Shown: piece by piece, positions 40,013 to 50,122 of the stretch
Layout: each line of letters opens with the position of its first letter
How positions within the stretch are numbered: position 1 is the first letter of the stretch
Assembly: GCA_016193285.1 (NCBI GenBank)
Contig: JACPSL010000011.1
Coordinates: forward strand, 22,645-86,644
DNA length: 64,000 nucleotides
Source of the DNA: Candidatus Melainabacteria bacterium
GTDB lineage: Bacteria > Cyanobacteriota > Vampirovibrionia > 2-02-FULL-35-15
Direction of reading: 5' to 3'
Notes under the pieces: generated by a model
What the model was told of the DNA's origin: nothing
The model's database searches: none
What the model saw: only the letters and a program-made list of their open reading frames with translations
Made by a program: the position numbers and the translations under genes

Positions 40013-40046
40013 TAACATAGTTTTTTAAATTTGGGTATAATTCTAA

Positions 40047-40086
40047 TAAGTATTTGAATTGACAAAAATGGCAATTCAAATACTTA
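40047..40086. promoter_or_regulatory. perfect 15-bp inverted repeat (taagtatttgaattg ... caattcaaatactta) overlapping the abiEii-like start, downstream of a TATAAT box at ~40035
   Basis: Direct reading. The two half-sites are separated by a 10-nt spacer that contains the ATG at 40068. Confidence 0.6.
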
Positions 40087-40862
40087 TTAGATCTATGAAG
40101 AGAAATATTTTTTTTAGAGAAGTTTTTCATTTTTGTTTTTTAGAACATTTGCTTTTAATTTCTGATCCAAAAATTTACATTCTTAAAGGTGGGGTAAATC
40201 TAAGATTTTTCTTTAATAACCCTCGTTATTCAGAAGATATGGATATTGATGTCTTAGCTAGCAGTGTTTCTACTTTAAAAAAAAATGGTTATAAAATATT
40301 AAATGAAAATAGCTTTAGAAGAAGATTGCAAACATTTGGAATAGAAGGTTTAATTATTAATGATCCAGCTAAAGCTAAACACACAGAAACCACTCAAAGA
40401 TTTAAGCTAAAAATCATAACAAGTTCAGGAGAATCACTGCCAACGAAGATTGAATTTTCAAGAAGAAAAAAAACACATGATTTGTACACATATAAGTTTG
40501 ACAGGATAAATACTGAAATCTCAAACAAGTACAATCGCCTTTCTTTTTTATGTCAGCACTACACTGGCAAAACTGCAATAATACAAAAAATCGAAGCATT
40601 ATATGGAAGGTCACAAACCCAAAGCAGAGATGTTTTTGATGTCTTTATTCTAACTCTTGGTGGTCATGCTAAAGAGCTAGATGTAAATAAATTAGATCCT
40701 AATTTAGTTCTTAAAGCAAAAGAAGCAGTCCTATCACTTAATTACAAAGAGTTTAAAGAACAAGTTTTAGAATTTTTAGATGCAGCAGAATATGCAAAAT
40801 ATTCTTCTTATGAAAATTGGACTGAAATGCAAAATAAAGTAGCAGGATTACTTACAATATGA
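40059..40862 (+). CDS. nucleotidyltransferase, AbiEii/AbiGii toxin family (DUF1814-like)
   Basis: LKGGVNLRFFFNNPRYSEDMDIDV matches the AbiEii signature (KGGTAL...R.SEDIDF). The ORF track starts at a TTG (40059); an in-frame ATG at 40068 is the more likely start. Confidence 0.65.
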   Translation: MTKMAIQILIRSMKRNIFFREVFHFCFLEHLLLISDPKIYILKGGVNLRFFFNNPRYSEDMDIDVLASSVSTLKKNGYKILNENSFRRRLQTFGIEGLIINDPAKAKHTETTQRFKLKIITSSGESLPTKIEFSRRKKTHDLYTYKFDRINTEISNKYNRLSFLCQHYTGKTAIIQKIEALYGRSQTQSRDVFDVFILTLGGHAKELDVNKLDPNLVLKAKEAVLSLNYKEFKEQVLEFLDAAEYAKYSSYENWTEMQNKVAGLLTI

Positions 40863-41455
40863 ATCTTAAATTTTTAAATCAAGAGATCTTTTTTACTACT
40901 AGTAATTATGCTTGCTGTAATGATTTAGAAATATCAGCTGCATCAAAACAACTCCATAGACTTTATGCTAAACACGTAATAGAAAAAGTTACGCGTGGCG
41001 TCTGGGCTAATATTAATCATCCTTATTACAACCCGCTAGGAGCAGTACCTTACTTACTTGGCAGGGAACAAGGGTATGTTTCATTTTTAACCGCACTACA
41101 TTACCATGGTGTTATTTCCCAAATACCAGCAAAATTCCAGGTAGCAACTACTGGACATACAAGAAAATTAATAAGTCCTATAGGCCATTTTGAGTTTTTT
41201 CATTTAACACCACTCATGATGAATAAAGGCATTGAATGGAGTCATAGTAAATCTAATTATTTAATTGCTAATGCTGAGAAAGCACTTCTTGACGCTTTAT
41301 ACATTTCTACTTGTAAAGGGAAAAGGTTTTCTTTACTCCCTGAAATAGATTTAGAAGAAGTAGATGTGAAGTATTTTAAAAAATTACTTAAAGAAACAAT
41401 TAAGAGCAAAATTACTAAAAGTGCTATTGAAGAGTATTTTAAAAATCAAACTTAA
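40859..41455 (+). CDS. AbiEi-like antitoxin/transcriptional regulator (COG5340-like)
   Basis: VTRGVWANINHPYYNPLGAVPYLLGREQGYVSFLTALHYHGVISQIPAKFQVATTGHTRKL matches the AbiEi consensus (rG.Y......p.......l...p.gyiS..SAL.yHGL..q.P....vat....r). Overlaps the upstream gene by 4 nt. Confidence 0.6.
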   Translation: MNLKFLNQEIFFTTSNYACCNDLEISAASKQLHRLYAKHVIEKVTRGVWANINHPYYNPLGAVPYLLGREQGYVSFLTALHYHGVISQIPAKFQVATTGHTRKLISPIGHFEFFHLTPLMMNKGIEWSHSKSNYLIANAEKALLDALYISTCKGKRFSLLPEIDLEEVDVKYFKKLLKETIKSKITKSAIEEYFKNQT

Positions 41456-41532
41456 CTTCAGATTAAAGCTAATACAAGTCCTGATATTTATTCTTACCAC
41501 TTATCACTTACCACTGCTAAAATAGCCATGTT

Positions 41533-43539
41533 ATGGAAACACGAGGCCTCTGGTGGAATATTCATGACTTCCCACACTACAAAGAAATCTTTTATAGCTT
41601 ATTTTTAATTTCAGTTTTATTTTTTATTTATGGTTTTTATTTAAAAATTAAAAACTGGTCACGTGGAAGACCAGTAAGTAACTTTAACAATCTGCCTAAA
41701 CGGTTTATAAAAATGTTTTGTAGTAGTTTTCTCTATAAAGGCTGGAGAGGCCCGGTAATTTTTGCGCATGTACTTGTTTTTTATGGTTTTTTTGTTCTCT
41801 GGATAGGCACTGATATTTTAACCGTTCAAGAGCACTTGCCAATTTATTTTTTTGAAGGGACATTTTATAAAGTTTATTCACTTCTTATGGATTTATCTGG
41901 TGTTTTCATGCTTCTTGGGATTTTATTTTTTGCATATATTAGATACATTCAAAAACCCGAAAGATTAGATAATTATCAAAATGATTGGTTACAGCTTGTT
42001 TACCTTGCTTTATTTATAATTGTTGGTTTTTTAATTGAAGGACTTAGACAATCAGCTACAAATCAAATTGAAACATATACATCTGTTGGAATGATGATTG
42101 GAACTTTGTTTCAAGGATTATCTTATGAGGCACAAAAAAACCTGCATCTTATTTTATGGTGGCTGCATTCTTTACAAACATTTTCTTTTATAGCACTTAT
42201 TCCATATACAAAGTTTGCTCATATTTTTGTTAGCCCAGTAAATTTATTTTTTAGTGATTTAAAATCAAGTGGTGCTTTAAGTACTCCTTTTAATTTAGTT
42301 GAACTTATGGCAATGGACAACCCTCCTGAAGATTTTGCACAAGGAGTATCAAAGCTTGAGGATTTTAGCTGGAAGGATCTAATGGACTTGGATGCTTGTA
42401 CTGCTTGTGGTAAGTGTCATGAAATTTGTCCTGCAACAAACTCAGAAAAACCACTTTCACCAAAGTGGGTAATTCTAGATCTAAGGCAAGCTATGTATAA
42501 AAGACCTTTGTTTTCGCATAAGTTTAAAGGGAATTCTAGCTCTACTCTTCCAGGTTTAGTTACTCCAGAAACCCTTTGGTCATGCACTACTTGTAATGCA
42601 TGTGTTGAAGTATGTCCAGTTGGAATAAATCAGCTTACAAAAATTGTTGAGATGAGAAGAACATTAATTACTGAAAACAAAGCCCCTAATAATTTACTTA
42701 ATACATTAAAAAATATCCGTTCAAGATCTAATCCTTGGGGACAGCCAGTAGAAGATCGTGAAAAGTGGACAGAAGGATTAGATGTGCCAAAAGTAGAAAA
42801 TACACCTAGCTTTGAATATTTGTATTGGGTGGGTTGCGCAGGTGCATATGATAGTAGAAATCAAAATATTGCAAAAACAATGGTTAAACTTTTTAAAAAA
42901 GCAAATGTAAAGTTTGCAATCTTAGGAAAGAAAGAAAAATGTACTGGAGACACCGCTAGACGTGCTGGCGATGAAGGGCTTTTTCAAGAGCTTGCAATTG
43001 GAAATATTGAAACATTTAAAAGTATAAATGTCAAAAAAATAGTTACTCATTGTCCACATTGTTTTAATACTTTTAAAAATGAATATCCAAAGTTTGGTTT
43101 AAAGGATGTAGAAGTTTTACATCATACTGAGTTTTTATGGAGCTTGATTCAAGAAGGCAAACTTACAATGACAAAAGAAATTAACCAAGAACTTACTTAT
43201 CATGACTCTTGTTATTTAGGTCGTCACAATAGCCAATATGACGCGCCAAGAAATATTTTAAATAAGATTCCAGGTATAAAATATATTGAAATGAAAAACT
43301 CACGTGAGCAAGGAACATGTTGTGGTGGTGGAGGTGCAGGGCTTTGGTATGAGGCCCTTGGGAAACAAATCAATGTTATGCGGTTAAATGAAATAAAAAA
43401 CTCTGGTGCAAAAACCTGTGCAAGTGCATGCCCATTTTGTACTATTATGTTAGAGACTGCAGGAACGCTAGATAAAAGTGGAGAGCCGCTTGTGGTACAG
43501 GATATAAGTGAGCTGATAGCTCAGAGCGCGGAGCTCTGA
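41533..43539 (+). CDS. membrane-bound Fe-S oxidoreductase, heterodisulfide-reductase-like (NarI/HdrE-like membrane domain fused to a HdrD/GlpC-like 2x[4Fe-4S] + CCG domain)
   Basis: N-terminal ~230 aa with 5-6 TM helices. Two ferredoxin-type clusters (CTACGKCHEICP, CTTCNACVEVCP). Two Cys-rich CCG-type motifs (CAGAYD...C, CCGGGGAG...CPFC). Confidence 0.6.
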   Translation: METRGLWWNIHDFPHYKEIFYSLFLISVLFFIYGFYLKIKNWSRGRPVSNFNNLPKRFIKMFCSSFLYKGWRGPVIFAHVLVFYGFFVLWIGTDILTVQEHLPIYFFEGTFYKVYSLLMDLSGVFMLLGILFFAYIRYIQKPERLDNYQNDWLQLVYLALFIIVGFLIEGLRQSATNQIETYTSVGMMIGTLFQGLSYEAQKNLHLILWWLHSLQTFSFIALIPYTKFAHIFVSPVNLFFSDLKSSGALSTPFNLVELMAMDNPPEDFAQGVSKLEDFSWKDLMDLDACTACGKCHEICPATNSEKPLSPKWVILDLRQAMYKRPLFSHKFKGNSSSTLPGLVTPETLWSCTTCNACVEVCPVGINQLTKIVEMRRTLITENKAPNNLLNTLKNIRSRSNPWGQPVEDREKWTEGLDVPKVENTPSFEYLYWVGCAGAYDSRNQNIAKTMVKLFKKANVKFAILGKKEKCTGDTARRAGDEGLFQELAIGNIETFKSINVKKIVTHCPHCFNTFKNEYPKFGLKDVEVLHHTEFLWSLIQEGKLTMTKEINQELTYHDSCYLGRHNSQYDAPRNILNKIPGIKYIEMKNSREQGTCCGGGGAGLWYEALGKQINVMRLNEIKNSGAKTCASACPFCTIMLETAGTLDKSGEPLVVQDISELIAQSAEL

Positions 43540-43575
43540 GGTCAGTAGTATGCTATCTTATTCTAGGAGAAAAAA

Positions 43576-44406
43576 ATGAATAACTTAAAGTTATTACTAA
43601 TAGTTTCAATATTTTTATTAATTAGTTTGTCAGGTTGTTTAAGAAAAGGAAGCTTAATGCAATGTGCATGTAATCAAGCAATTTCAGCTAGTGATATTGC
43701 TGATAAAGAAACAAAGTGGAAGAAGTTAAATGAAAAAGTAGTTGAGCTTTATAATGAAAAACAATTTTTTAGGGCATCAGGCGAGGCAAAAAAAGCATTT
43801 ACCTTCTCAGAGAAAGAATTTGGTCCAAGTGATCCAAGAACAGCAACAGCATTAAATAACTTGGCTGAGCTATATAGACTCCAAGGGAAGTTTAATGATG
43901 CAGAAAAAAATTACAAAAAAGTATTAATGGTTAGGGAAGAAACTTTAGGAAAAGAGCACCCAGATTATGCTATTTCTTTAAACAACCTTGCAACCTTGTA
44001 TTTTACTCAGAAAAAATATAAAGAGGCAGAACCGTTATATAAAGAATCTCTAGGTATAATTCAGAAAAAAGTTAAAGCTGGTGATGAGAATTTATATACT
44101 CCAGTTAGTAACTTAGCTGAATTATATAAAGCTCAAGGGAAGTACAAAGAAGCAGAACCACTTTTTAAAGAGCTAGTTACAATTACAGAAAAAGCAAAAG
44201 GGAAACAAGATCCTCTTTATGCAAAATCCTTAAATGATTTAGCCGCAGTTTATTACTTAGGAGGAAAGTATAAAGAGTCAGAATTACTTTTTAAACAAGC
44301 TTTAGTACTTTTAGAAAAGTTGCTTGGTAAAACAAATCCTGACTTAGCTGTAGTTAGAAATAATTTATCTGAAGTTACAAAAAAGTTAGCTGTAGCAAAG
44401 AACTAA
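43576..44406 (+). CDS. tetratricopeptide-repeat lipoprotein
   Basis: Lipobox LLISLSGC. Five or six TPR_12-like repeats (ALNNLAELYRLQGKFNDAEKNYKK...). Confidence 0.7.
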   Translation: MNNLKLLLIVSIFLLISLSGCLRKGSLMQCACNQAISASDIADKETKWKKLNEKVVELYNEKQFFRASGEAKKAFTFSEKEFGPSDPRTATALNNLAELYRLQGKFNDAEKNYKKVLMVREETLGKEHPDYAISLNNLATLYFTQKKYKEAEPLYKESLGIIQKKVKAGDENLYTPVSNLAELYKAQGKYKEAEPLFKELVTITEKAKGKQDPLYAKSLNDLAAVYYLGGKYKESELLFKQALVLLEKLLGKTNPDLAVVRNNLSEVTKKLAVAKN

Positions 44407-46001
44407 ACATCACCTCTATATATTTTTAATTTTGGTGGTGATGGTGGTGGTTCTTCAGGTGGTTCATATAGATCTAAATTAGCTGCTTCAAATAATTTTC
44501 CTCTAAGTTCTCTTCTTTTCGGGAAAAACCATTGACTAATACCATATCCTGTTTCACTTAAAACTGATTTTAGTATTTTTTTTAATGGACTGCTGTCATC
44601 TATTAATTCTATAGCTGGCATAAATATATTTATTGCATTTCCAATTAAACCTATTTTTGATAAATTAGAAAAGTTATTTACTAATGGCTCTAATTCTTTT
44701 TTAGTTGGATCATCTTCATCTAGTTTGCTTATATAGTCTTTAAGTTGTACACTCCTAGCGTATTCTTTTGTACTAAATCTAAGAGAGTATAAAACATTTT
44801 GAAATGATCCTCTTATACGGGCAAGTGAATTTATTTTTCTTTTTAATGAATCACTTACATATTCATCTTTGGTAAATGCTGTCACTCCTCTTAATGGCAT
44901 AAAAATTGCTAAAAAACTAAATCCTGCAATTCCAATAAATGGTGCAATTGTTTCATTTAATATTCTTGCTGAGTTTTCTAATACCTTTATATCTCTTGAA
45001 AATAATCCAAGAAATAATTTGCCTAACTTACTTGATGCTTTTTCTCCTTCTTTTAATCTAAGTAATCCTTTTACTCTTCCTTTTAAATGATTTATTGACA
45101 AAACTTCTGATTTTATTATTTCTTCTATAGCTTCTTTACTCTCTTCTTTCCCTAATACTGCAGGAAGAATATTTTTAGCATACTTAAATAAATAATTACC
45201 AAGCCTTTGGTCACTAAGAGCAAGATACCTTAAACTCCAAAGGGAGTTAGTAGGTAAAGTAAGGAGAGAAGTTGCTGTTTCTATTTTATCTGAGTCAAGG
45301 AAGGAGAGAAAAGGTAAAACATAAGGTTTAATATTAGTTTCAAAAGTACAAGAAAGTTCAGCCCAAGTCCCAGCAACATTTTCATAATTATCTCTTTGAA
45401 AAACAGAAACACCTTTATCATCGTCAGCTCTTCCATAAATGTGACCATATAACTTTTTTCCTCTCATGCCTTGGGTGTAACCATGAAGTGCTTTTAAACC
45501 AATCATGAGTGAAGGAGGAAAATAATCCAACTGTTCAAAGGCAGAAATCACTCCACTAAGGATAGAAGCTTCAATAGCATAAGTAGCAGATTCATTTCCA
45601 TATATTTTATTTGCGTGTGCCCAGTCAATGGTTTTTTCTACTTTTTCACATGCCTTGTCTATAACATAAAGAGCTTCTTTTTTATTAAGCTCAACTCCTA
45701 CATCAAGTCCTTTTTGAATTAATTGCTTTGCATGAAATATTCGAGCATCTTTATCTCGATGAACACAAATATCTTTAGCAGCTTCCTCTAAAAATCCATC
45801 ATTATTTCTGTAATGTTCAGGAAAAACATCAGAAAGAGAAATTAATTTGTCTTCGTTATATATTGCTCTTGATGAAAAGTTTTTAAGTTCTTCTTTTAAA
45901 AACTTTTCTAATTTCTTTTTATCCCTTTTAATAACTGGACTTATAAAGACAGGCGGATAATAATCGTGTTTTTGATTTACTGGTGGTGTTGATGCAATCA
46001 T
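44403..46001 (-). CDS. hypothetical protein with Pro-rich C-terminus
   Basis: 532-aa ORF, no recognised catalytic motif. The C-terminus is LYEPPEEPPPSPPKLKIYRGDV. Confidence 0.5.
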   Translation of the reverse strand: MIASTPPVNQKHDYYPPVFISPVIKRDKKKLEKFLKEELKNFSSRAIYNEDKLISLSDVFPEHYRNNDGFLEEAAKDICVHRDKDARIFHAKQLIQKGLDVGVELNKKEALYVIDKACEKVEKTIDWAHANKIYGNESATYAIEASILSGVISAFEQLDYFPPSLMIGLKALHGYTQGMRGKKLYGHIYGRADDDKGVSVFQRDNYENVAGTWAELSCTFETNIKPYVLPFLSFLDSDKIETATSLLTLPTNSLWSLRYLALSDQRLGNYLFKYAKNILPAVLGKEESKEAIEEIIKSEVLSINHLKGRVKGLLRLKEGEKASSKLGKLFLGLFSRDIKVLENSARILNETIAPFIGIAGFSFLAIFMPLRGVTAFTKDEYVSDSLKRKINSLARIRGSFQNVLYSLRFSTKEYARSVQLKDYISKLDEDDPTKKELEPLVNNFSNLSKIGLIGNAINIFMPAIELIDDSSPLKKILKSVLSETGYGISQWFFPKRRELRGKLFEAANLDLYEPPEEPPPSPPKLKIYRGDV

Positions 46002-46164
46002 GATTTATTTGTGATTTTTCCTTTTAACCGAGTTATTATCCATAGAACATTTTTAAGATTTTTGAACTTGTATAAACTTTTTTAAACAAATCAGAGACTT
46101 TTACTGTATTGCAATTAAGGATGGAGTTATAGTTAAGGCATTTTATGAGGTAGGAGCAAGGAAC

Positions 46165-46380
46165 ATGCCAGTAGAAATAGTAAACATACCAAAAACAGGG
46201 GCATGTTTTGTAATACTTAGTACTCCTGAGGCACAAGCAAAGGCTGATAAGCTTCGTGAAGAATTAGACAGGGCTCCAAAGGCTTCTGAAGATGACCCGG
46301 TAATAGAAGCACGTATGAAACGTCGTCTAGCTAGACCCAAACTACCAGACAGCATATATAACCGCGATGTCCCTGAATGA
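46165..46380 (+). CDS. hypothetical small protein (71 aa)
   Basis: SD AGGAGCAAGG before the ATG. GC content is clearly higher than its surroundings. Arg/Lys-rich C-terminal half. Confidence 0.4.
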   Translation: MPVEIVNIPKTGACFVILSTPEAQAKADKLREELDRAPKASEDDPVIEARMKRRLARPKLPDSIYNRDVPE

Positions 46381-46635
46381 AAACCACCTCCTTTCAAAAG
46401 TTTTTAAGTAGTACTGATATTAATACCACAAAGTAATTTTTTTGTGAATCAGGAAAAATCTCTGATTTGGTTATGTTCCTTTAATAATTTCTGTTTTATT
46501 TTGGCTTAATTCTTACAAATAAATTTTTTCAATCTTAAAAAGGGTAAGGTAAAGTATTACTTTCTTAATTATTGATTTCTAAAATTTTTTTTAAGGTTCA
46601 CGGGAAAGAGGTAAATTAAATCGTAATTTCGCGAA

Positions 46636-49290
46636 TTAAACATCTCTTTCTTTTACTTTTAAACAAGCTTGAGCAGCAGCTAACCTTGCAATTGGTACAC
46701 GAAATGGGGAACAACTTACATAATCAAGACCGATTTTATGTGCATATGAAATTGATTTAGGTTCTCCTCCATGCTCGCCGCAGATTCCTATTTTTAATTC
46801 TGGCCTTCTTTTCTTGCCTTCTTGGACAGCAATTTTCATAAGTTTTCCAACTCCTGACTCATCTAAAACTTCAAATGGATTTTCAGTTAGTATTTTTTCA
46901 TCTAAATATTTTGATAAAAATGTTGCTTCAGCATCATCTCTGCTAAAAGCAAAAGTCATTTGAGTTAGATCGTTTGTACCAAAACTAAAAAACTCTGCAT
47001 GTTCTGCAATTTCATAAGCTGTAAGTGCAGCACGAGGTACTTCAATCATTGTGCCAAATTTATAATCAATGTTAATTTTATACTTTTCCATTGTTTCTTT
47101 TGCAACTTTTTCTAACATATCTTTAACAAGCTTAAGCTCTTTTGTTTCACAGATTAATGGAATCATTATTTCTACATTAGTTTTTGTACCAGCTAGTTCT
47201 AATTCACATGCAGCTTCAAAAATTGCTTGTACTTGCATTTTATTTATTTCTGGATAAGAAATCCCAAGCCTGCAACCACGTAAACCCATCATTGGATTTG
47301 CTTCATGTAAAGCTTTAACTCTATGTAAAAGTTTTTCTTCTTTTGTTGAGTCTAGGCTTTTGTATTTAAGCTCGCTAACCTTAATAGCTAACTCATCAAA
47401 CTTTGGCAAGAATTCATGTAGTGGAGGATCAAGAAGTCTTATTGTTACTGGTAAGCCAGACATAACTTTAAATATTTCTTTAAAGTCTTGTTTTTGAAAA
47501 GGAAGTAAATTTGTTAATGCTTCTTCTCTTTCAACTTGACTAGTTGCCATAATCATCTTTTGGATCCAAGGGAGTCTATCTTGTTGCATGAACATATGTT
47601 CTGTTCTACAAAGGCCTATTCCTTTTGCTCCAAATTCAATTGCGACTTTTGCATCAATTGGTGTATCAGCATTTGCTCTTATACCTAACTGTTTAAACTC
47701 ATCTGTCCAAGAAAGTAAAATCTTAAGTTCATTACTTATTTTTGGTTCTTTTGTTTTTATTTCTCCAAGAAAAACTTGGCCACTTGAACCATCTATAGAA
47801 ATTAGCTCTCCTTTTTTTAATGTTCTTCCATTAACTGAGGCTGTTTCTTTATTTAAATCAATCTTTAAAGTTTCACATCCTACTACACATGGTTTTCCCA
47901 TCCCTCGTGCAACTACTGCAGCATGACTTGTCATCCCACCTCTTGAAGTTAATACCCCAACAGCAGGAACTATTCCATGAATATCATCTGGGCAAGTTTC
48001 AACTCTTACAAGAATTATCTTTTCCCCGTTTTGAGAAAGTATTTCTGATTCATCCGGACTAAAAATAATTTTTCCACAAGCTGCACCAGGAGAAGCATTT
48101 AGTCCAATTGCAAGTAGTTTATTTTCATCCTCAGCTTGCTTTTTTGACTGGGGGTCGAAACTTTTTAAGAGAAATTGGTTTAAGGATAAAGGATCAATTC
48201 TTCTTATAGCATCTTCTTTTGAAATGATCTTAGTGTTTGTCATGTCTACAGCAGCTTTTACTGCAGCTTGTGCAGTTCTTTTTGCTGCTCTTGTTTGTAA
48301 TAGCCAAAGCTTGTTTTGTTCAATGGTAAACTCAGTATCCTGCATGTCCTTATAAAATAGTTCTAGCTTTTTAATACATTCTAAAAGCTGCTTATAAGCT
48401 TCAGGCAATTCTTTTTTCATTTCAGTGATTTTTTTTGGTGTTCTTATTCCTGCTACTACATCTTCTCCTTGAGCATTTATAAGGTATTCACCATAAACCT
48501 CATCTTCTCCTGTAGATGGATTTCTTGTAAAAGCAACACCTGTTGCAGAACCATTTCCCATATTTCCAAATACCATTGTTTGTATGTTTACAGCAGTTCC
48601 AAGATCGTCCTGGATTTTATTTAATTTTCTGTAATACTTTGCACGTGGATTATTCCATGATTTAAAAACAGCTTCAATTGCAAGTTCTAGCTGGTTTTTT
48701 ACATCTTGTGGAAATTCTTTTTTTGTTTTTTCTTTTATAGTTTCTTTAAACTTAGCAATTATTTTGGCGGGGCCATTAGTGTTTGATTCCTCTAAAATGG
48801 CTTCAAAAATTCCTTTTTGTATACCCAGAACTACATTTCCAAACATCTGGATAAATCTTCTGTAACAGTCAAGTGCAAAAGATTCATTAGAAGTAGCTTT
48901 AGAAAGAGCAAGAACAGTTTCATCATTTAAGCCAAGATTTAAAACTGTATCCATCATCCCTGGCATTGAAAACTTTGCACCAGATCTAACAGATACTAAA
49001 AGTGGTTTTGTTTTGTCTCCTAACTTTTTATTAGTTTCTTTTTCAATTGTTGTCAGCTTTTCAAATACTTGCTCAAGAAGTCCAGAAGGAAGTTGGAACT
49101 GGTTTTTTGCATATTCATTACAAGCTTTTGTTGTAATGATTAAACCTGGCGGGACAGGAAAACCTGCATGAGTCATTTGAACAAGTCCTGTACCTTTACC
49201 TCCTAAATACTCACGCATTTGTGAGTCATTGCTGTTAAAAGCTTTGTATGCTTCCTGAAATAAATAAACTTTGTGAAAATTATTCTGCAC
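46636..49290 (-). CDS. ppdK: pyruvate, phosphate dikinase
   Basis: 884 aa. Phosphohistidine region GGMTSHAAVVARGMGKPCVVG, N-terminal ATP-grasp and C-terminal PEP-utilising TIM domain. Confidence 0.9.
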   Translation of the reverse strand: MQNNFHKVYLFQEAYKAFNSNDSQMREYLGGKGTGLVQMTHAGFPVPPGLIITTKACNEYAKNQFQLPSGLLEQVFEKLTTIEKETNKKLGDKTKPLLVSVRSGAKFSMPGMMDTVLNLGLNDETVLALSKATSNESFALDCYRRFIQMFGNVVLGIQKGIFEAILEESNTNGPAKIIAKFKETIKEKTKKEFPQDVKNQLELAIEAVFKSWNNPRAKYYRKLNKIQDDLGTAVNIQTMVFGNMGNGSATGVAFTRNPSTGEDEVYGEYLINAQGEDVVAGIRTPKKITEMKKELPEAYKQLLECIKKLELFYKDMQDTEFTIEQNKLWLLQTRAAKRTAQAAVKAAVDMTNTKIISKEDAIRRIDPLSLNQFLLKSFDPQSKKQAEDENKLLAIGLNASPGAACGKIIFSPDESEILSQNGEKIILVRVETCPDDIHGIVPAVGVLTSRGGMTSHAAVVARGMGKPCVVGCETLKIDLNKETASVNGRTLKKGELISIDGSSGQVFLGEIKTKEPKISNELKILLSWTDEFKQLGIRANADTPIDAKVAIEFGAKGIGLCRTEHMFMQQDRLPWIQKMIMATSQVEREEALTNLLPFQKQDFKEIFKVMSGLPVTIRLLDPPLHEFLPKFDELAIKVSELKYKSLDSTKEEKLLHRVKALHEANPMMGLRGCRLGISYPEINKMQVQAIFEAACELELAGTKTNVEIMIPLICETKELKLVKDMLEKVAKETMEKYKINIDYKFGTMIEVPRAALTAYEIAEHAEFFSFGTNDLTQMTFAFSRDDAEATFLSKYLDEKILTENPFEVLDESGVGKLMKIAVQEGKKRRPELKIGICGEHGGEPKSISYAHKIGLDYVSCSPFRVPIARLAAAQACLKVKERDV

Positions 49291-49293
49291 AGG

Positions 49294-50103
49294 TTATCTT
49301 TTTAGTAGCTGCAACTTAGACATTATCTCAATAGCAGTTTCTTCAACTGCCCTGTTTGTCATGTCAATTGTCTCACATTTTAATTCTCTAAAGACCTTTT
49401 TTGAAAACTCTACTTCATGTGAAATATGATCAAGGTCGCAATAATCTGCACTGTAGTCCATTTGAAGTGAATTTGCCCGTGAACTTCTAAAAGACTGAAG
49501 AACTAGTGGGTCACAAATTAATCCTATAATCTTTCCGCTGTTGATTTTAAATAATTTTTCTTGTGGCTCGGTACCTAAAACTATTGGAATATTTGCTGCT
49601 TTTAGGCCATAGTGTTGTGCTAAGTACATACAACTTGGAGTTTTACCTGTCCTTGAAACACCTAATAATATTACATCTGCACTTTCTATATTGCTTATAT
49701 TTTGACCATCGTCATATTTAATTGCATAGTGGATTGCATCCATTCTGTTAAAGTAGGATTCATCAACTTTTAATCTAAGGCCTGGCTCTCGTAAAGGAGG
49801 CGCATGACATATATTTTCTAGTTTAGTTACAATATCACCAAGAACATCATAAGTAGGGATTGAATATTTTTTTGCTTCTTCCATTAACGCTTCTTTAGCT
49901 TCAGGAAGGACTAGTGTGTAAATAATAATTGCTGGTGATTTTATTTCACCTAAAAAAAGTTTTTTTACCTCTTCAGTTGATCTTACTTTCGGAAGCCTTT
50001 GTATTTTTGCTTGAATAGATTCAAATTGGCTAAGTGCAGATTTAGCAACTAGCTCTGCAGTTTCACCACTGCTATCTGATAACGTATAGATTGTAAACAT
50101 CAA
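49294..50103 (-). CDS. pyruvate, phosphate dikinase regulatory protein (bifunctional kinase/pyrophosphorylase, DUF299)
   Basis: P-loop ILLGVSRTGKTPSCMYLA. Lies immediately downstream of ppdK on the same strand. Confidence 0.8.
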   Translation of the reverse strand: MMFTIYTLSDSSGETAELVAKSALSQFESIQAKIQRLPKVRSTEEVKKLFLGEIKSPAIIIYTLVLPEAKEALMEEAKKYSIPTYDVLGDIVTKLENICHAPPLREPGLRLKVDESYFNRMDAIHYAIKYDDGQNISNIESADVILLGVSRTGKTPSCMYLAQHYGLKAANIPIVLGTEPQEKLFKINSGKIIGLICDPLVLQSFRSSRANSLQMDYSADYCDLDHISHEVEFSKKVFRELKCETIDMTNRAVEETAIEIMSKLQLLKR

Positions 50104-50122
50104 GGATAATTATATCAATTTC

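Noticed and set aside
43519-43539. Stem-loop tcagagc-gcgga-gctctga at the end of the Fe-S oxidoreductase gene as a terminator
   Set aside because: The stem includes the stop codon, is only 7 bp, and is not followed by a T-tract. Weak, and the next gene is co-directional 37 nt downstream.
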